A stretch of 64,000 nucleotides of DNA. Source: Perkinsus chesapeaki ATCC PRA-425 (taxonomy: Eukaryota; Protista; Perkinsozoa). The position numbers and the translations under genes were made by a program. The stretch's first letter is position 1. Each line of letters starts with the position of its first letter. Of this stretch, positions 46,753 through 59,813 are shown piece by piece. Below the pieces are notes generated by a model, which made no database searches, was not told the origin of the DNA, and was given only the letters and a program-made list of their open reading frames with translations. The stretch is taken from positions 51,624 through 115,623 of the forward strand of contig JAAPAO010000035.1 in the NCBI GenBank assembly GCA_013115145.1, written 5' to 3'.

Positions 46753-46855
46753 TGTGCTTCCGCGCTGAGACCATTCATGAATATATCAACTTACCAGGTG
46801 TCACCCTCTTCACTGTTGCGTTTCCTCAAATTCAGTTATTGATAGTATTTCTGGG

Positions 46856-49542
46856 ATGGGGTTGGCGATCGGCTCCCGGGTGATCTCATTACGGCGCACC
46901 CTGGCACTATCCCTGTTCCTCCTCGCTTACTCGGCCCTCATACCGGGGCTCATGTTCCCGATAATCGACATCCGCGGCCAGCAGCACAGCTTCTCACCCG
47001 GCAGCAGCAACAACGGGGCCATCGTCCCGGTTAACTCCAACATATTTGCTGGTTCCGCCGAGCCGGGCTCCACGGCAACGACTAGCAGCCCAAAATCGCC
47101 GCTAGCCGAGACGAGGATCGTCCGGAGCACCTTGGATTCTGTGCACGATTTGTTTAACGCTGGCTATTGGCTGCCGGCGGGCTTGATCATATTTTTCTCG
47201 TTTATCACTCCAGCGGTGAAGCTGCTAATCCTGCTGTATTCGGAGACCAGAGGGCACTTGGTCCACATTAGGAAGCACCAGTATGTAGATCTCCGGCGAG
47301 TTCTGCGGCAAGTGAGCAAGTATCAGATGGTTGATGTCTTCGTCGGTGTGCTTACCATGGCCTTCCTCAACCACAATGTCATCGAAGCCCACTACAGGAG
47401 CGGCTTCTACTACTTCACGGTATACTGCATGGCCAGCATAGCAGCGACACAGCTCCTGGACAGCAGCAGCAACAGCGCCTTCGCTCCGCCCAGTCCAGTG
47501 TGTGACCGTCACAGGGAGCAGGTGGAGGGCTCCCCTTCCGCAGCTGCGAGTACGGTGGACTTGGTCCTGTTGTATATGACAGTCGCTATGTTTGTAGTGG
47601 GATTTGTGTGGGCATTGGGCTGGCCGATCCTCTCTGTGAGGTTCGTATTCCGACAGAAGATAGTCGTCGCTGAGAACTCACTATCGTTGCATGACATGAG
47701 CCGCAGCATGATGGACGCTGGTCATCTCCTACCGACCGTGCTGCTGGTGGTCCTAGTAGTCTGGCTGCCGCTTTGCCACATCACCATGGTGGCCCTGCTC
47801 AAGGCCGGGTGCCTGCCCCCTCAGGTCGGCCGGGTCTGCGCTCAGCTGGCCCAGTGGATGTGGGAATGGTCCCAGCTAGATGTCTTTGCCTTGGCGCTCT
47901 TCATCACCCTGTTTGCCTTTAACGCCTTCGGCCTCCTCAGAGCTCTCGCGCCGTGGGGCTTCTACTGCGTTCTTATGGCGGCCATGAGCGGCTTCGAGTT
48001 GGCCAAGCACGACTTGCCACCGATACTGCGCACTGCCGACCACGAGCTTGTCGAGGTCACCGAGGTCGATGAGGACATCATTGAGGACCACACCGCTACT
48101 ACCACTGGTGCTATCAAGCACAGACGGGACCACTCTGGCAGCTCCTTCTCCGAAGAGCGCCTTCGCTCCCGGATGGATTCGGTGGCGAGCACAGTGACAA
48201 TTGCAAAGTCCAGACGACTTGGTGATTGCTGTCGAGGCCTCGTGCGGGTCATCCAGAAATTAGGGCTGCCGTTTTTCGTCCTGAAGGCAATCGGTTGGAT
48301 AGTGTTCTTTGTCATCTGGTGGATGAACTCTGGCAATGCTAGTTTGAACCTAGCAGGTGTTAACGAGACTTTGAAGGACAATGTCCCATTGGTTACCAAC
48401 GGCCTTCGAGACTTCCTGCCGGATATGGTCGGCCAGTGCCCGCAGCATCTCCCCTCCACGGATGTTTGCCGTGACGTTGGACCTCTTTACCACGATAAGT
48501 GTAAGGCAGTGACATCGCGGCATTATTGTTAAAAGGCCTTGTTCCCTTTCAGCTGCGATGATGGAGGTCCTGGCACGATGGTTGTCCGGACTACGAAGCG
48601 TCAGCGTGGATGAGCTCAGCCTGGTGGTCCCCGACGAGGGCGAGTTGGAGATGTCCATTACCGGCTCGTTTGCCGAGCTTAGCCTGTCCCTCTACATAGG
48701 GCAGTGCATCACACCTGACAACCTCTTTCGGACCACCAATACGACAACGAGCAGTCGCAACGGAAGCACCTTGGTGGAGCCGGTGTGCTCTGCGCTATGG
48801 GACAAGGTCTACTCCTGGCAGAGCGTAAGGGCACTATTCTCCCGCATGAAGGGACGGCTCCTCTTCAGGTCGGCTGGGGCCTGGTGGTGTCGGCTTCATG
48901 CAACGAAGAATGGCCATACGTGAGGAACATTGCGATCAAGAACGTCACGCTGGATCAGAGCCTGAAGATTTCCGAGCAACTAGTTTTTGGGATAACGGTA
49001 GGCTTGGATGGCCGTGGCACACAGGGAGCGTTTTTTGTAGATAAATGTCGAGGATTTGACCACACGGTTCAGGGAGGGGTTCCAGAAGGCACTTTCGCCT
49101 TACATTGTTAGCAAGTAAGCAGCCGCGTGGTCTCATCTAGGGTGTCCCCAGCCGCTTTTGTTATGCCGTTGTGTCACACAAGTTGTGTGTTGTATTACTG
49201 TAAAAAATTACAGCAAAAAAATCCGGATACTTTGTTAAGGGTAAAGCTTCCGAAAGGGACTTGTGTGATCTCAGTCCTGCGTTTCACATGCATTGGCAGT
49301 GTGAAGTTGTTATTATCTGGTATCTCAGGGCCCACTGGATCAAATGGGGCGAGGACGAGTATGACATGTCGGAGCTCCTCAACCAGTTGGTCAGCCTCAA
49401 TACTAACGCTGGTTCCGGTGCGGACATGCACGATATCTTTAACCTCGGCCATCATAACGGAACCTCCAAGATTCAGTGCCCTCGACCACTAGACAGTATC
49501 CTTCGGAACCGGAGGGCACCGCCGCCGCGGTTCAGGCACTGA
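46856..49542 (+). CDS. Polytopic membrane protein with two PqiA-like domains and a spliced soluble C-terminal domain
   Basis: Repeat 1: GYWLPAGLIIFFSFITPAVKLL...SKYQMVDVFVGVL. Repeat 2: WPILSV...GHLLPTVLLVVLVVWLP...EWSQLDVFALALF. Both resemble the PqiA W-S-M-L-D-V-F motif. Downstream exons continue to about 49542. Confidence 0.75.
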
Positions 49543-50067
49543 AGGGTATCTTGTTGCACCATTGATTTGCATTTAGTTATATAGCTGCTCACTGAAGTGA
49601 GATCTCGATGTAAGATTCACCGTACTATTTACCAGTGACCACCGCCGCCGTGCCTTGCAGGCTTTACCGCTGTAACCGCATTGGACTGGTGTTGGTCAAT
49701 TCGTAACGGTTGTTTTTGATGCCTTGTATTGAGTCGGGAAACAAGGCACCTTCTGACACCCAAGAGGGTCGATACCACCACCGGGCGATGCTCCGCGCAA
49801 CCCAGTACGTCTGATCACGGCGATTGTGAGTAAACCCTCTTGTGTATAGGGCGGTGGCATCGGTCTCGAGTCTTACATGGGGAAGCAACGCGGACAGAAC
49901 CACATTAGAAAGCTTCAACCAGCAATTGAACACTGCATCAGTCGAAGTAATTTTCGCTCGGAGAACTACCAGTGTCACATGTACCGCGCTAGGAAGGATG
50001 CATGTCGAAAGCCGAACTGACAAGCTGTAGTCGTAATGTTGAGGAGCTGAGTTGCATACGGCAAGCA

Positions 50068-51080
50068 ATGGAATGGCTCAAACAAGGAAGACAACCTGCC
50101 TTACCGGCAGACAACCGTATTAGCGCCACTACGCGAAACACTAGGCTTTAGTTTTTAGGGGACGTCGAGCACTTCAACGTATTTGAATTCGACTCGGCGG
50201 GCCTCCGCGAAGGGTCCAACGAGGAGGGCTGGATGAGAGCAAACTGTTCTGAATTTGATAGCTGTATCTCCCTCTTCCGCCAGCATAAGGAGAATCTGCC
50301 ACTGTTGGGTTTGCTCTCTAAGGTCACCGGAACAGCGGCGTTGCCGGGTATTTGATAGCAAGCACCGTCAGGTTCTTGCTAAGTGGTGTCAAGTGCCAGT
50401 ATTGAGGCATAAGGGAACGGTAGAAAGGTTTATGAGGTGGGCTCCATCAGGCCGAAGTCTATATAAGGGAACCCTTGGTAGAAATGAAGACCTATGCCAC
50501 GCCGTTGCTGCGGCTGGAGTTACCGCGCAAATTTTTTCGATATTTGCCCATCACGATGATCCCCAGGTACAGATCAGACGAGCAGCGCGTTCTGATCTGG
50601 TTTAAGCACCATCAACTTTGCTTTCACCAAATCTGCTTCTGTCAGGTCATTGGCGCCATTTCTGGTATCGACACAAGCGAACTTGCCGTAGATGGTTGTC
50701 TCGAGCTCCTCGCATCCGCGTCACCCGAGCTACTACTGCGTATCGCATGGTTCGAGCTGGAAAAGCTGCGAGGCCAAGAGAGCTACGTGAGGCTGGTTTT
50801 CTCTGCTATAAATAGCGTACTGGCCTTCAGGGTACCATATGCATTTTCTGCCGCTGTATAGTGTTATTAACCGCCCTTCTGAAGAGTGATTTCCAGTCTG
50901 ATGCCGAACCGGACTTCTGGTAGCTCCTCGGCAAGCTCTACCCTGCATTGGCTCTCCTGCTCAGGTCGAGTACGGAGGAACTGGTTACCAATGCGCTGGA
51001 CGGTGGTATCGCCCTGCCTGGAGACCCTCAACTGTTGCACGTAGGGATAGGCTGTGGAGATGACTGTTTTAGGCTGTGAA
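50068..51080 (+). CDS. Possible multi-exon hypothetical protein
   Basis: Coding-like stretches DVEHFNVFEFDSAGLREGSNEEGWMRANCSEFDSC and LLLRIAWFELEKLRGQESYVRLVFSAINSVL, flanked by splice-like sites. The model is unresolved. Confidence 0.3.
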
Positions 51081-51639
51081 ATTAGATTCGTCTGACTGTG
51101 TTGAAAAAGTATCTCTCAACGAGGGGTTAACTTGACGGAACTTCTCCTGTTGTGATGTTCTACTCTCATTCCGGCTGTTGGCGGTTGAACGACTGGTGTT
51201 GATAGTGATTAAAATCAGCCTTGGGACCTCACGAGACACACAAAGATGGATTCTTAAATATCAGGCTTAGCTTGACACGCTGCCCCTTCTTTGTTAAAGA
51301 ATCGCTTCCGAGATGACAGTCCTCCCAAGATTCCGTGTACCTCTATTCACGTTGCTGCTGCTACTGCATCACCATCGCATAAGTGAGGAAAGTTACTATG
51401 GCTTTAAAGATCTTGTCCGAGATCACTTGTTTCACGCTTTAGCCATAACTCTGGCGGCGCCAACGAATCCGCAATTCCTACCGAACCAATGCGAACGGAG
51501 CTCATGCCTGTCACAGAAAGCTGAGCACTGTCGAGAGCACATGCCATCAGTATACGTAAAGGAGAGGTGGGAACCGCGTATTCTAGGGTGCCTCCTTACA
51601 CGGGCTTGGACCGTACAGTAATTGAAAACCAATAATGAT

Positions 51640-54600
51640 GGAGGCGCGCAGCGAGGAGAACGGTGGACAGCCATTCTCCTTGCCTCCCTTATCTTATCGG
51701 ACACACTTAGCGCACAGTGAAGCTCTTGACTGTCACGAATCGATGACCTGCAGTGGGAAGTAATCTACCCTCGCTGAAATGTGCTCCTAGCTGCTATGGT
51801 AGAAATCTTTCATAAAATATGTTCCCAGGGAGAAACGGAAGATCGATCGCATCCTTTCTGGTAACATCTGACATTCTTCTATGTCTCCCTGGCCTGCACT
51901 GTAGACAGAGTGGGTACATCTTGAGCATCTATTCTTGCAGTGGTATTCTTTACTGGGAGCAAACTACCAGTTACTCTTTACTAGGGCCTGTTCCGCTTCT
52001 ACTGGAAGTGGCATCCCAGAGGGCTGCACCAAGTGCACAGGCTCAGACCCAACGCTCTGCACCTGCGAGCCCCCACCGTACACAATCGAAGTTGGGTGAG
52101 TCGTTCCTCGGACAGCTATTTCTAGCGGGTGGCAGTTACGGTGAGAAGTGTGGCTTCTCGAATGTATGTGGGGCTGGCCAAGGAATCTGCTATCGGCCCT
52201 GCGATACGTACCTACACCCGACTCTCTGCCCGAACGCACGGTGTATCTGGAACACCACCGAGCAAGCTTGCATGGCGGCTCCTCCTTCTAAGTACACTCA
52301 ACCTTCTTTCTCTAATGTGAACGGTGAGGGACAGATACCTCCCTAAGTGGTCGGCTGTGGCGCCTTTTAATCCGCTGAACCCCAAGTCAGAGTTGGTCCG
52401 CGGGGAGACCATAGTGCAGCTCTACGGTGAGCTCGAGCAAGTAGCGGCGCACAGCGAGGCTGATGCTGTCAACGGAACAAACGATGAAGTGGGATACGCA
52501 TTGTGGAAGAATCTATCGGACGCGTAGGCTCTGCCGATGCCCAGGATTTTCCCAATGACTTACCGCGAGCTCGAGGAAGCTTCTGACGGGTAGATCTGGT
52601 GCCTATACGACTAGGCACCTTAGCTCGCTGTGCAGGTATAGGATTCAAGGGGTGCACATCCTCAGCCGAGTTGCTGACATGTCTAATCTCTACCTAGTAT
52701 TGGACCAGAATACCGATGGCCGTCTCACACAGACAGAGTTCTCAGGCAAGAGTGGAGCCGCTATTTGGCTCCTGTTGTGATCACGGTCAACCCTCTGCCT
52801 TTATTTGCTCTTAAGCTGCCTGTTGGTATGGCTCAGGTCTCCCAACACAGTTGCATCGCATACAGTTGCAAGTGGCACCCGAGACGATAGTGGACGAGGC
52901 GTCCGTGACAGTGCCCGGGAGGAGGTTGCAAGTACCAATAATATCTCAGCGTAACTGCCCGCCTGTAGCAGGCCATTTTTGGTGGCTTCAACCTTTCCGT
53001 ATGTCGTAACCTAACAGACGATATCCAGCCTGCTGTCGCTGAAGCCTGCGCTTCTCCCGATCTACAGGTAACTGCTAGGCTCGAGAATACGGTAGATTAC
53101 GATCCAATAGCCCAGCGCTCCATGGCGCGTGGTCAACGCCCTGTCCCCTTCAACTTTGCTGTGTCCCAACTGCCGTGTTAGCGTCCGGTGCAAGTCATCT
53201 TTGTTCGTCCCTCATTGTCGTGAATTCGCAAGCAAAAAAGCGATTCACTACGAAGCTGGTGATGGGAGTGAGTTCCCCTCAGGGTGAAATATGCCACGAG
53301 GATGGCGGGAAGGAGTTCTGTCCTCTCGACCAGAGCTGCAAGCCCGACGGTGATTGCTCCGAGTGTGGCTGGAAAACAGCCGTTGATCATGTTGAACATA
53401 AGTAACGTGGCCCGCTACAACTGCGTCTTTGCATCTCTCAGATGTGTTCAACCTAATCCAACCAACTGCAAGGGTGACATGGGCAAGAACTACTGCCCTC
53501 TAGATAGCACCTGCCATCCTGCCAACTCGTGTGGCAATTGTACTGGTTACACGGCAATCGACAGAGTGCAGGTGGGCAAGGCTCTGGTGTGCCGGAGAAC
53601 ACCGCACTCAGGGACTGTGCATCGCGGCTTGGTGGGACGACGCTCCACCGACTCTCCCGCCAGGCTCAGATGGCGACACTGAAGGGCCAGCCACATGGGT
53701 GTGCCGTTACCGACGGAAGGTGATAGATCTCTCGGTATCTCAGCGGACTTGTGTAGCAGGTTGGCATGTCGTGCCGCACAGATATGGACTGCATTTATGG
53801 ACAGCGACGGTGCGTTAGTGGCAGCTGCTCGCCCCTTGCCTTCATCGAAGATGGTATCTATAACGCTTCTACCGTACAGCTGCTTCAGCGTGATCGTTTT
53901 AGGGTCTTCCACGGGCACGCAGGACAGTGTGCCGGTAAGAACTCGGTTATTGAGTCTATAGCTGTAGCTGTAGTTATGCACCATCGACTTGGACTGTGGC
54001 CACGTTGGTTTCTATTGTCCTGATGATCCCACTAATGGTGAGGATCCGTATTGGAGGAAAAGCTGCAGGAGGCAGAAGGGCGTTGGTGAAGACTGCGATG
54101 CCGACCGAGAGTGCTTTCCCGATCTAAGATGTGACACATTTGAATCGCCGCCCAAGTAAGGAAGTGGGAGCTTCCTGACTGATTCGAGAATCGTTTTGAA
54201 GTTGTTCCGGAATCCTAAAGGAGACCCTATTGTGGATCTGCTTAACGACTCGATGCTCGTTAATAACGAGCATCTCCGTTGAACGCGACAATGTAGAGGA
54301 CATTGTTCGCATTTCGGTAACTTGTGTCATCGGCAGCCACGCGATGATTTCATGACGGTTAGCAGGCTAGAGATAGGCCCCTGATATCGTCATGTGGCTG
54401 CAGCTTCATTGGAGCTATCACATCGCAGTGGGTTTCAGCTGTGGTTACACTTCAAGTGCCTGGACTTCCTTTCTCAACTATTCGTTATATCCTCTTTTCG
54501 AGCATTCTGCTTGGCCACATCCTTCTACCTAGGTCACCATGTCATTTCTGATTCTCAACAGCAGGTGCAGGCGCCTATTCTCTCTTTCCATCGGGACCCC

Positions 54601-55306
54601 ATCACCTTATCCCGAGCTTTGCGCTAGCGGCTTCCTTGATGCACTTCAGCGCTGCACGGTGGCTGCCAAATCCCGGAATGTCGGTCGCAGGTCAGTTTGG
54701 CGTCTTAGGCTCCGTCGCAGCCATTTGCGGCTTCCTAAGTAGGTGCGACTCGGATCGGGACTGTACGACGACCGACATCACCGGTCAGACAGGCCAATGC
54801 ATCTGCAAGCCCTGGTGGAGCAGCGGAGACTCCAAGTAGAATGGCGAGGCCGCTCTTCTCGACAGCACAATGCAGATATTGCATGCCTGTTGCCGGTGAC
54901 TTCGCTAATAACCAAGAAAAATTGCGAGACTGGCTCTACTACAAGTCTAAACACTGCGGGTCTTTCTGGGATGAGGAGGAGTGTTTGGAACAGGGAGGTG
55001 TCGAGGCCGAAAAGATGTAGATGGAAGCCGTTACCGTGGTAAGGGTTAGCAGCAGTTGCAGATACTATGCCCTCCTGTGTGAGGCCCAGCAGCTCTCTGG
55101 AGGCCCATACATCCCTCCTGCTCAGTGCGGACTCCAGGGAGATGACAAGTGAGGCTACTCGGCTCGAGACTGTCTCGTGTACACTTGGTAGGTACGTAGA
55201 CTACTGTGCTAAAGTGGCCGGGATGCGCTCGAAGGCTACTGCTTCCTTGCATTCTCCCTTCTTGATACTGTCTATCATCGCCCTTAAACTCTTGGATGGT
55301 GCATGA
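51640..55306 (+). CDS. Large multi-exon Cys-rich, probably GPI-anchored surface protein
   Basis: Exons with GCTKCTGSDPTLCTC, CGFSNVCGAGQGICYRPC, FCPLDQSCKPDGDCSEC, YCPLDSTCHPANSCGNC, CRTDMDCIYGQRRCVSGSC, CTIDLDCG, CDADRECFPDLRC and CDSDRDC. The last exon ends SKATASLHSPFLILSIIALKLLDGA*. Start uncertain. Confidence 0.7.
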
Positions 55307-55543
55307 CAGTGATGGGTAGACGTTCTGAGGTGGAGTGTTTCGTTATCGTGATGTTTTGGACTGAACTCATCGGGCCCTTGGTATGGCTTAGCAAATAGTC
55401 CGAGTCCGTCGGTCTACTGGCTGGGTTCTATGAAGGTTTGGTATAAGATGATATGGTTTGTCATGAGTGGATGCTATAGCACAACAGATTGCATTATATT
55501 CACATCGGATAAACATGCAACAGCACACATTCTAAAAGCACAG

Positions 55544-56925
55544 CTACTCTTGCGGTTCAGTCTCGCCCTTCTTGGTTGTTCTTCTTCTGCCGGTTCTCGC
55601 AGTAATTGCTGCTTGCTGTTCAGTTTTCGGGCTTTCAAACGCCACACCCTTCGGAGCGGCGGTTGGATCCCCTGTTGTTAGCCACATAACTATATCCTGT
55701 ATCTTCTGTTGCTCAGTATGATCGGTCGCCTTAGTTATATACCCGGAGTACTGAGCAAGCTGCCGCTCACATATATCCTTCAGCTCCTTCTCGGATGCAA
55801 CTTTCTTAGGCAACTTGATAGTCCTCGATTTCTTCTCCATTTGGCGGAGTCGATTCATGTCAAACCCGAAATGAAGGTCCCTACCCAACATGAGCAGTCG
55901 ATATAAGAACCACGAAATTATTGCTTGACCATCGGCTACAAGAAGACTAGCGTTGTTAACTTATATGTAGCTCGCATGGATAGACCATTCCTTACGGCGA
56001 TTCACCTTTATGATCGCACATGAGTATCCCCACCGTCTTACGGATTCTGCCCCTTGCCAAACGATGTAGATATCTTATTAATGACGAATCCCTCCCTGGC
56101 ATTGGCTGCCTCCAGCTCCAGTGACGCTTCCCAGTACATCTGAAAAGGAGGGCTCACCTGGTAGACTGCAACTTGACAACTCACGAAGTCCCCCTCTTCC
56201 CCATCTTCCCTGAGCTGTGGGACCTTCACGAGGGTGCTGGCTGAGCACGTAGGAATCTTCTTCCCAAGAGGGTTTGTTTTCTTATTGAGTTCTGTGAGCG
56301 TGTCCTCTATTGGTGGCGAACTCCCAGCGTGTTTGGCTCCCACTTCGTGCACCGCAGAGCCGGTGAACACATCGTATTCATATCCCTCACTGATGCACGT
56401 GTTGAACAGAAGTTCATAGGGGGCAAATGTATTACTCGTCGGGTAAAAGTTCCAACTGGTGACATCCGTTAAGATTCGGTGCTTTTCGCTACCACCTTTA
56501 ATCACGTCGTAGTTCCGAACAAGCTAAGAGTCGACTTTCCGGGAGGCCATGTGACACTCGGGTTTCTCACCGTAGCAGTTGACCCGTCCGTGGGCATGTG
56601 AGTTTCGACAGACTGTTCCCGATTGCCGACTTTAGCCTAACATCCATTACATTCCATTCTAACACCTCGACAGCTTGAGGCACAGATGCTGTGGTACAGA
56701 AACGCCAAACACGTGGAAGGATGGAACGTCGTCGGTCTATGGTGATAGCAAGCCAAGCTCATCCGTTCGGATATAGACGACTAGCGTTAAAGCGTAACTC
56801 ATAGATACGTATCTTACCTTGGCAGGCCTTAGCATTCCCCTTACTTTACTCATGAAAGCTCCTTCAGCGGAGTGTAGAAGAATGGGTAGCACTTGCGCAA
56901 TCGTCCCGCAGGAGATACGTACCAT
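55544..56925 (-). CDS. Orphan secreted family member A1 (multi-exon)
   Basis: MVRISCGTIAQVLPILLHSAEGAF leader; GYEYDVFTG, NPLGKKIPTCSAS, YWEASLELEAA, CERQLAQY...IVMWLTTG. Confidence 0.75.
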
Positions 56926-57744
56926 TTTAACGTGAATACACCACTAGGCAGCGAGTGTATGGAAATTGTAATTCGTGCGTGCTATCGCGCAAGCCCAATA
57001 TTATCTGATGTTTTCCGTGCGCTCGCCGGTTGCGTCTCATGTCACGTTGCCAATTTTCATTCGACTGCTAGTTTAGGCAGAAGTATATATATTCTCGGTC
57101 ATTTCCTCTCCTTGAGCTCATTCGACTGGTTCTTCCGCCTCCGCCTGCTCACCGTTTGTGCGACATCTGTGATTGTGCAATGTCTCGCTGGTCAAGTTCG
57201 GTCCCTAGAAAACTGCCGGCACTATGCTCATGAACTCGCACGTAACAGATCCAGAACTGAGCAGCCGCTGTTGAGCGGTGTTGATGTCCTATTATGTCTG
57301 CCATAGTTGCAACACTTAGGGCCACTGGCTCTCTGCGGGTTACCAAGTTGGTCCAGATTTACAGGTTGAAAGGAGAAAGTGAAGAGGCCCGATGGTGTGT
57401 CGTGGAGGTATCTCACTTTACATATATACTAAGGTTCAGAGGTACGTTGATTTGACCCGTGACCTTACTCCACCGCTGGTGTCCACTGAGACCTCCAGCT
57501 TGATAATATCACCGTTGACCATGAAACTCCTGCGCTCCGCATAGCGTTGATACCGGAATGGTCCAAAATGTAGTGTCTCGTTCGTATAACGTTGTGGCCT
57601 GGACCGTCAGAAAAGCATGAGATGATCCGACAGGTTGATTCAGTGTCGATGCTGTAACGCAACAGCCTGTCGATTCACATTAGATAAACATGCAACATTA
57701 TTAAATACACAGCTACTGTTGGTTACTCGCGATAGTATGCCTTC

Positions 57745-59260
57745 TCATTTATCCTCGCCGGTTCTCGCGGCCACACTCACTTGATGATGAATTTGTTTAC
57801 TCTTAAGTGCCAAACCCTTTGGCTCGGTGGCCGTATTGCCTGTTGTGAGCCACATAACTATGTCTTGGATATTCTTCCCGTTGTCGCGTGCTTTCTTTGT
57901 CAAGTACTTGTCGTAAGCTTCGAGCTGACGCTCGCACGCTCTCTTCAATTGCCTTGTTGATTCAGCCTCCTTCGGCAGCTTGATAACCTCGGCTCCCTTT
58001 TCCATTTGGCGGAGTCTGGTCATGTCGAAATCGAACTTAATACGCCTGAGGCAGCGAACAAATAGGAGTCGAGGTGTAGCGGCAGACTAGGGTTCTGATA
58101 GGCAAGAGCTCGAGAGGGGGCAAGTGCTAGCGAGCTCGTGTGTTGAAGTCTCGGCAAAGATCGCTAAGATAAACCTCGAGATTGGTTCGGCGTTTGTAGG
58201 CTACCCTCTGTAAGTGTAGCAGCTTTGGACGGAGACACATTTTTAGCCGAAACAGGGACCCAATCAGACCTCGCGAAAGGTGGTGACATTGCCACTGCCC
58301 TGGTCAAACGTCTCCCAACAGATTCCATGGTTGATGATAAAATGCCCCATTGTCCTCTTACGGATCATATTTTCTACCAAAGGATGTTGATAGCTTAGTG
58401 ATCGAGAAGCCATCTTCGGGAACCGCTGCCTCCAGTTCTAAAGCCATTTGCCAGTAGACCTGATATTAGCAGGATCCGCTACGGCGCATGGTTGAGAGAG
58501 CTTACGAATGTCCCTTCTTCTCCTTTTTTATTGAACTGTGGGACGTGGATCATGTGGGAGGCCGAACAAGTGGGGACCTTCTTGCTGAGGGGATTACTCT
58601 CCTTGTTAAGGTCGGCGTAAATAGCCTGGAGAGAGCTCGATGACTCTGCTGTATCCTGCTTGGCAATTGAAGGGCCCGTGTATACGTCATATTCGTAGCT
58701 CCCACTGAGGACAGTTTCGAGAAGCGAGAAGAAGCGGACTACCTTTCAGGGAGGCTTTTTGAGTACGTAATGTCTGTCAAGCTCTGTTTCTCAAGACCGT
58801 CTTCTTCAACGACATCGTAGTTGTAACCCATCTGAAAGGTCAATCAACTTCATGCAATGCTACGACCCATTCGAGCTTCTCACTGTAATGATCCCACCGT
58901 CATCGGCAAAGTCAGTCTTAAGAGTGGTTTGACGATTGTTGTCATCCTAAAAACAGTTTCATATGGTCTCCAATGGCACAGAAGTAAAAACTGCAAAGAT
59001 TCAGTAGAGGGGATTCGATTTCCTTGAGCCGCGAACAAGCCTTGGACGAGTCTACTCCACAATAAACCGTTCTTGGGTCCCGTTTCAGCTACGTCCCCGT
59101 TCTTGGCGTAAGTTGCTGCAGAACACGGGAGTGGGCCTACCTTCTGGATTCTTGGTTTTGGTCTGAGCGCGGCCGAGAGAGCCTTTCCAAGAAATGCCCC
59201 TTCAGTAGAGTGCATCAGGGTGACGAGTGCTGCAGATGTCCCGTAGAAGGTACGCACCAT
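57745..59260 (-). CDS. Orphan secreted family member A2 (multi-exon)
   Basis: MVRTFYGTSAALVTLMHSTEGAF leader; SYEYDVYTG, NPLSKKVPTCSAS, YWQMALELEAA, CERQLEAY...IVMWLTTG. Confidence 0.75.
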
Positions 59261-59813
59261 TTTCGAACGATATTTCTAGAACGCTGTGTAATCGAACTAC
59301 TATAGATACGAAGCCGACACCGCTCCTCGTGGAAATTATAAATTGTGCGGCTCACGGAGCACGCCCTGACGGGGCGGCCACAGATGATCATCATTTCCGT
59401 CGTGCGCGATGGTGCCATAACGGCACTGTCGTTACTTGACACTCAGGCAAGATAAGTTGGTCTTGACCTTACACGATTTAGTTATCGAAAACAAGGCTTC
59501 CTGAGCCGAAGATACCAAATACTATGTCCTGACGAGTTAGTAGTTCCTAGTCACTCGCCGCAATGAGTGTAGAAGGACAAAATGGCGTTGTCATGCATCG
59601 CTTAGCTTCGGAAGAGTGCGAGAGTGTCAATGTCGCGCCAAGTGAGAGGCCCACAACACGAACACAATACACAAAAGCGTTCTTCATCTTGGGTGCGGTG
59701 TCCGTTTTTTAATGATAAAGGAATACGAGAATGACACTGTCAACTCAAATCAAGCTGTGCTAATGAAAGAAGTCTCGGCGAAGAGTTGCAGGGAATCCGT
59801 ATATTGCCGTTGC

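Noticed and set aside
50953-51020. EELVTNALDG resembling a GHKL ATPase N-box
   Set aside because: No G1/G2 boxes follow, so it is probably chance.
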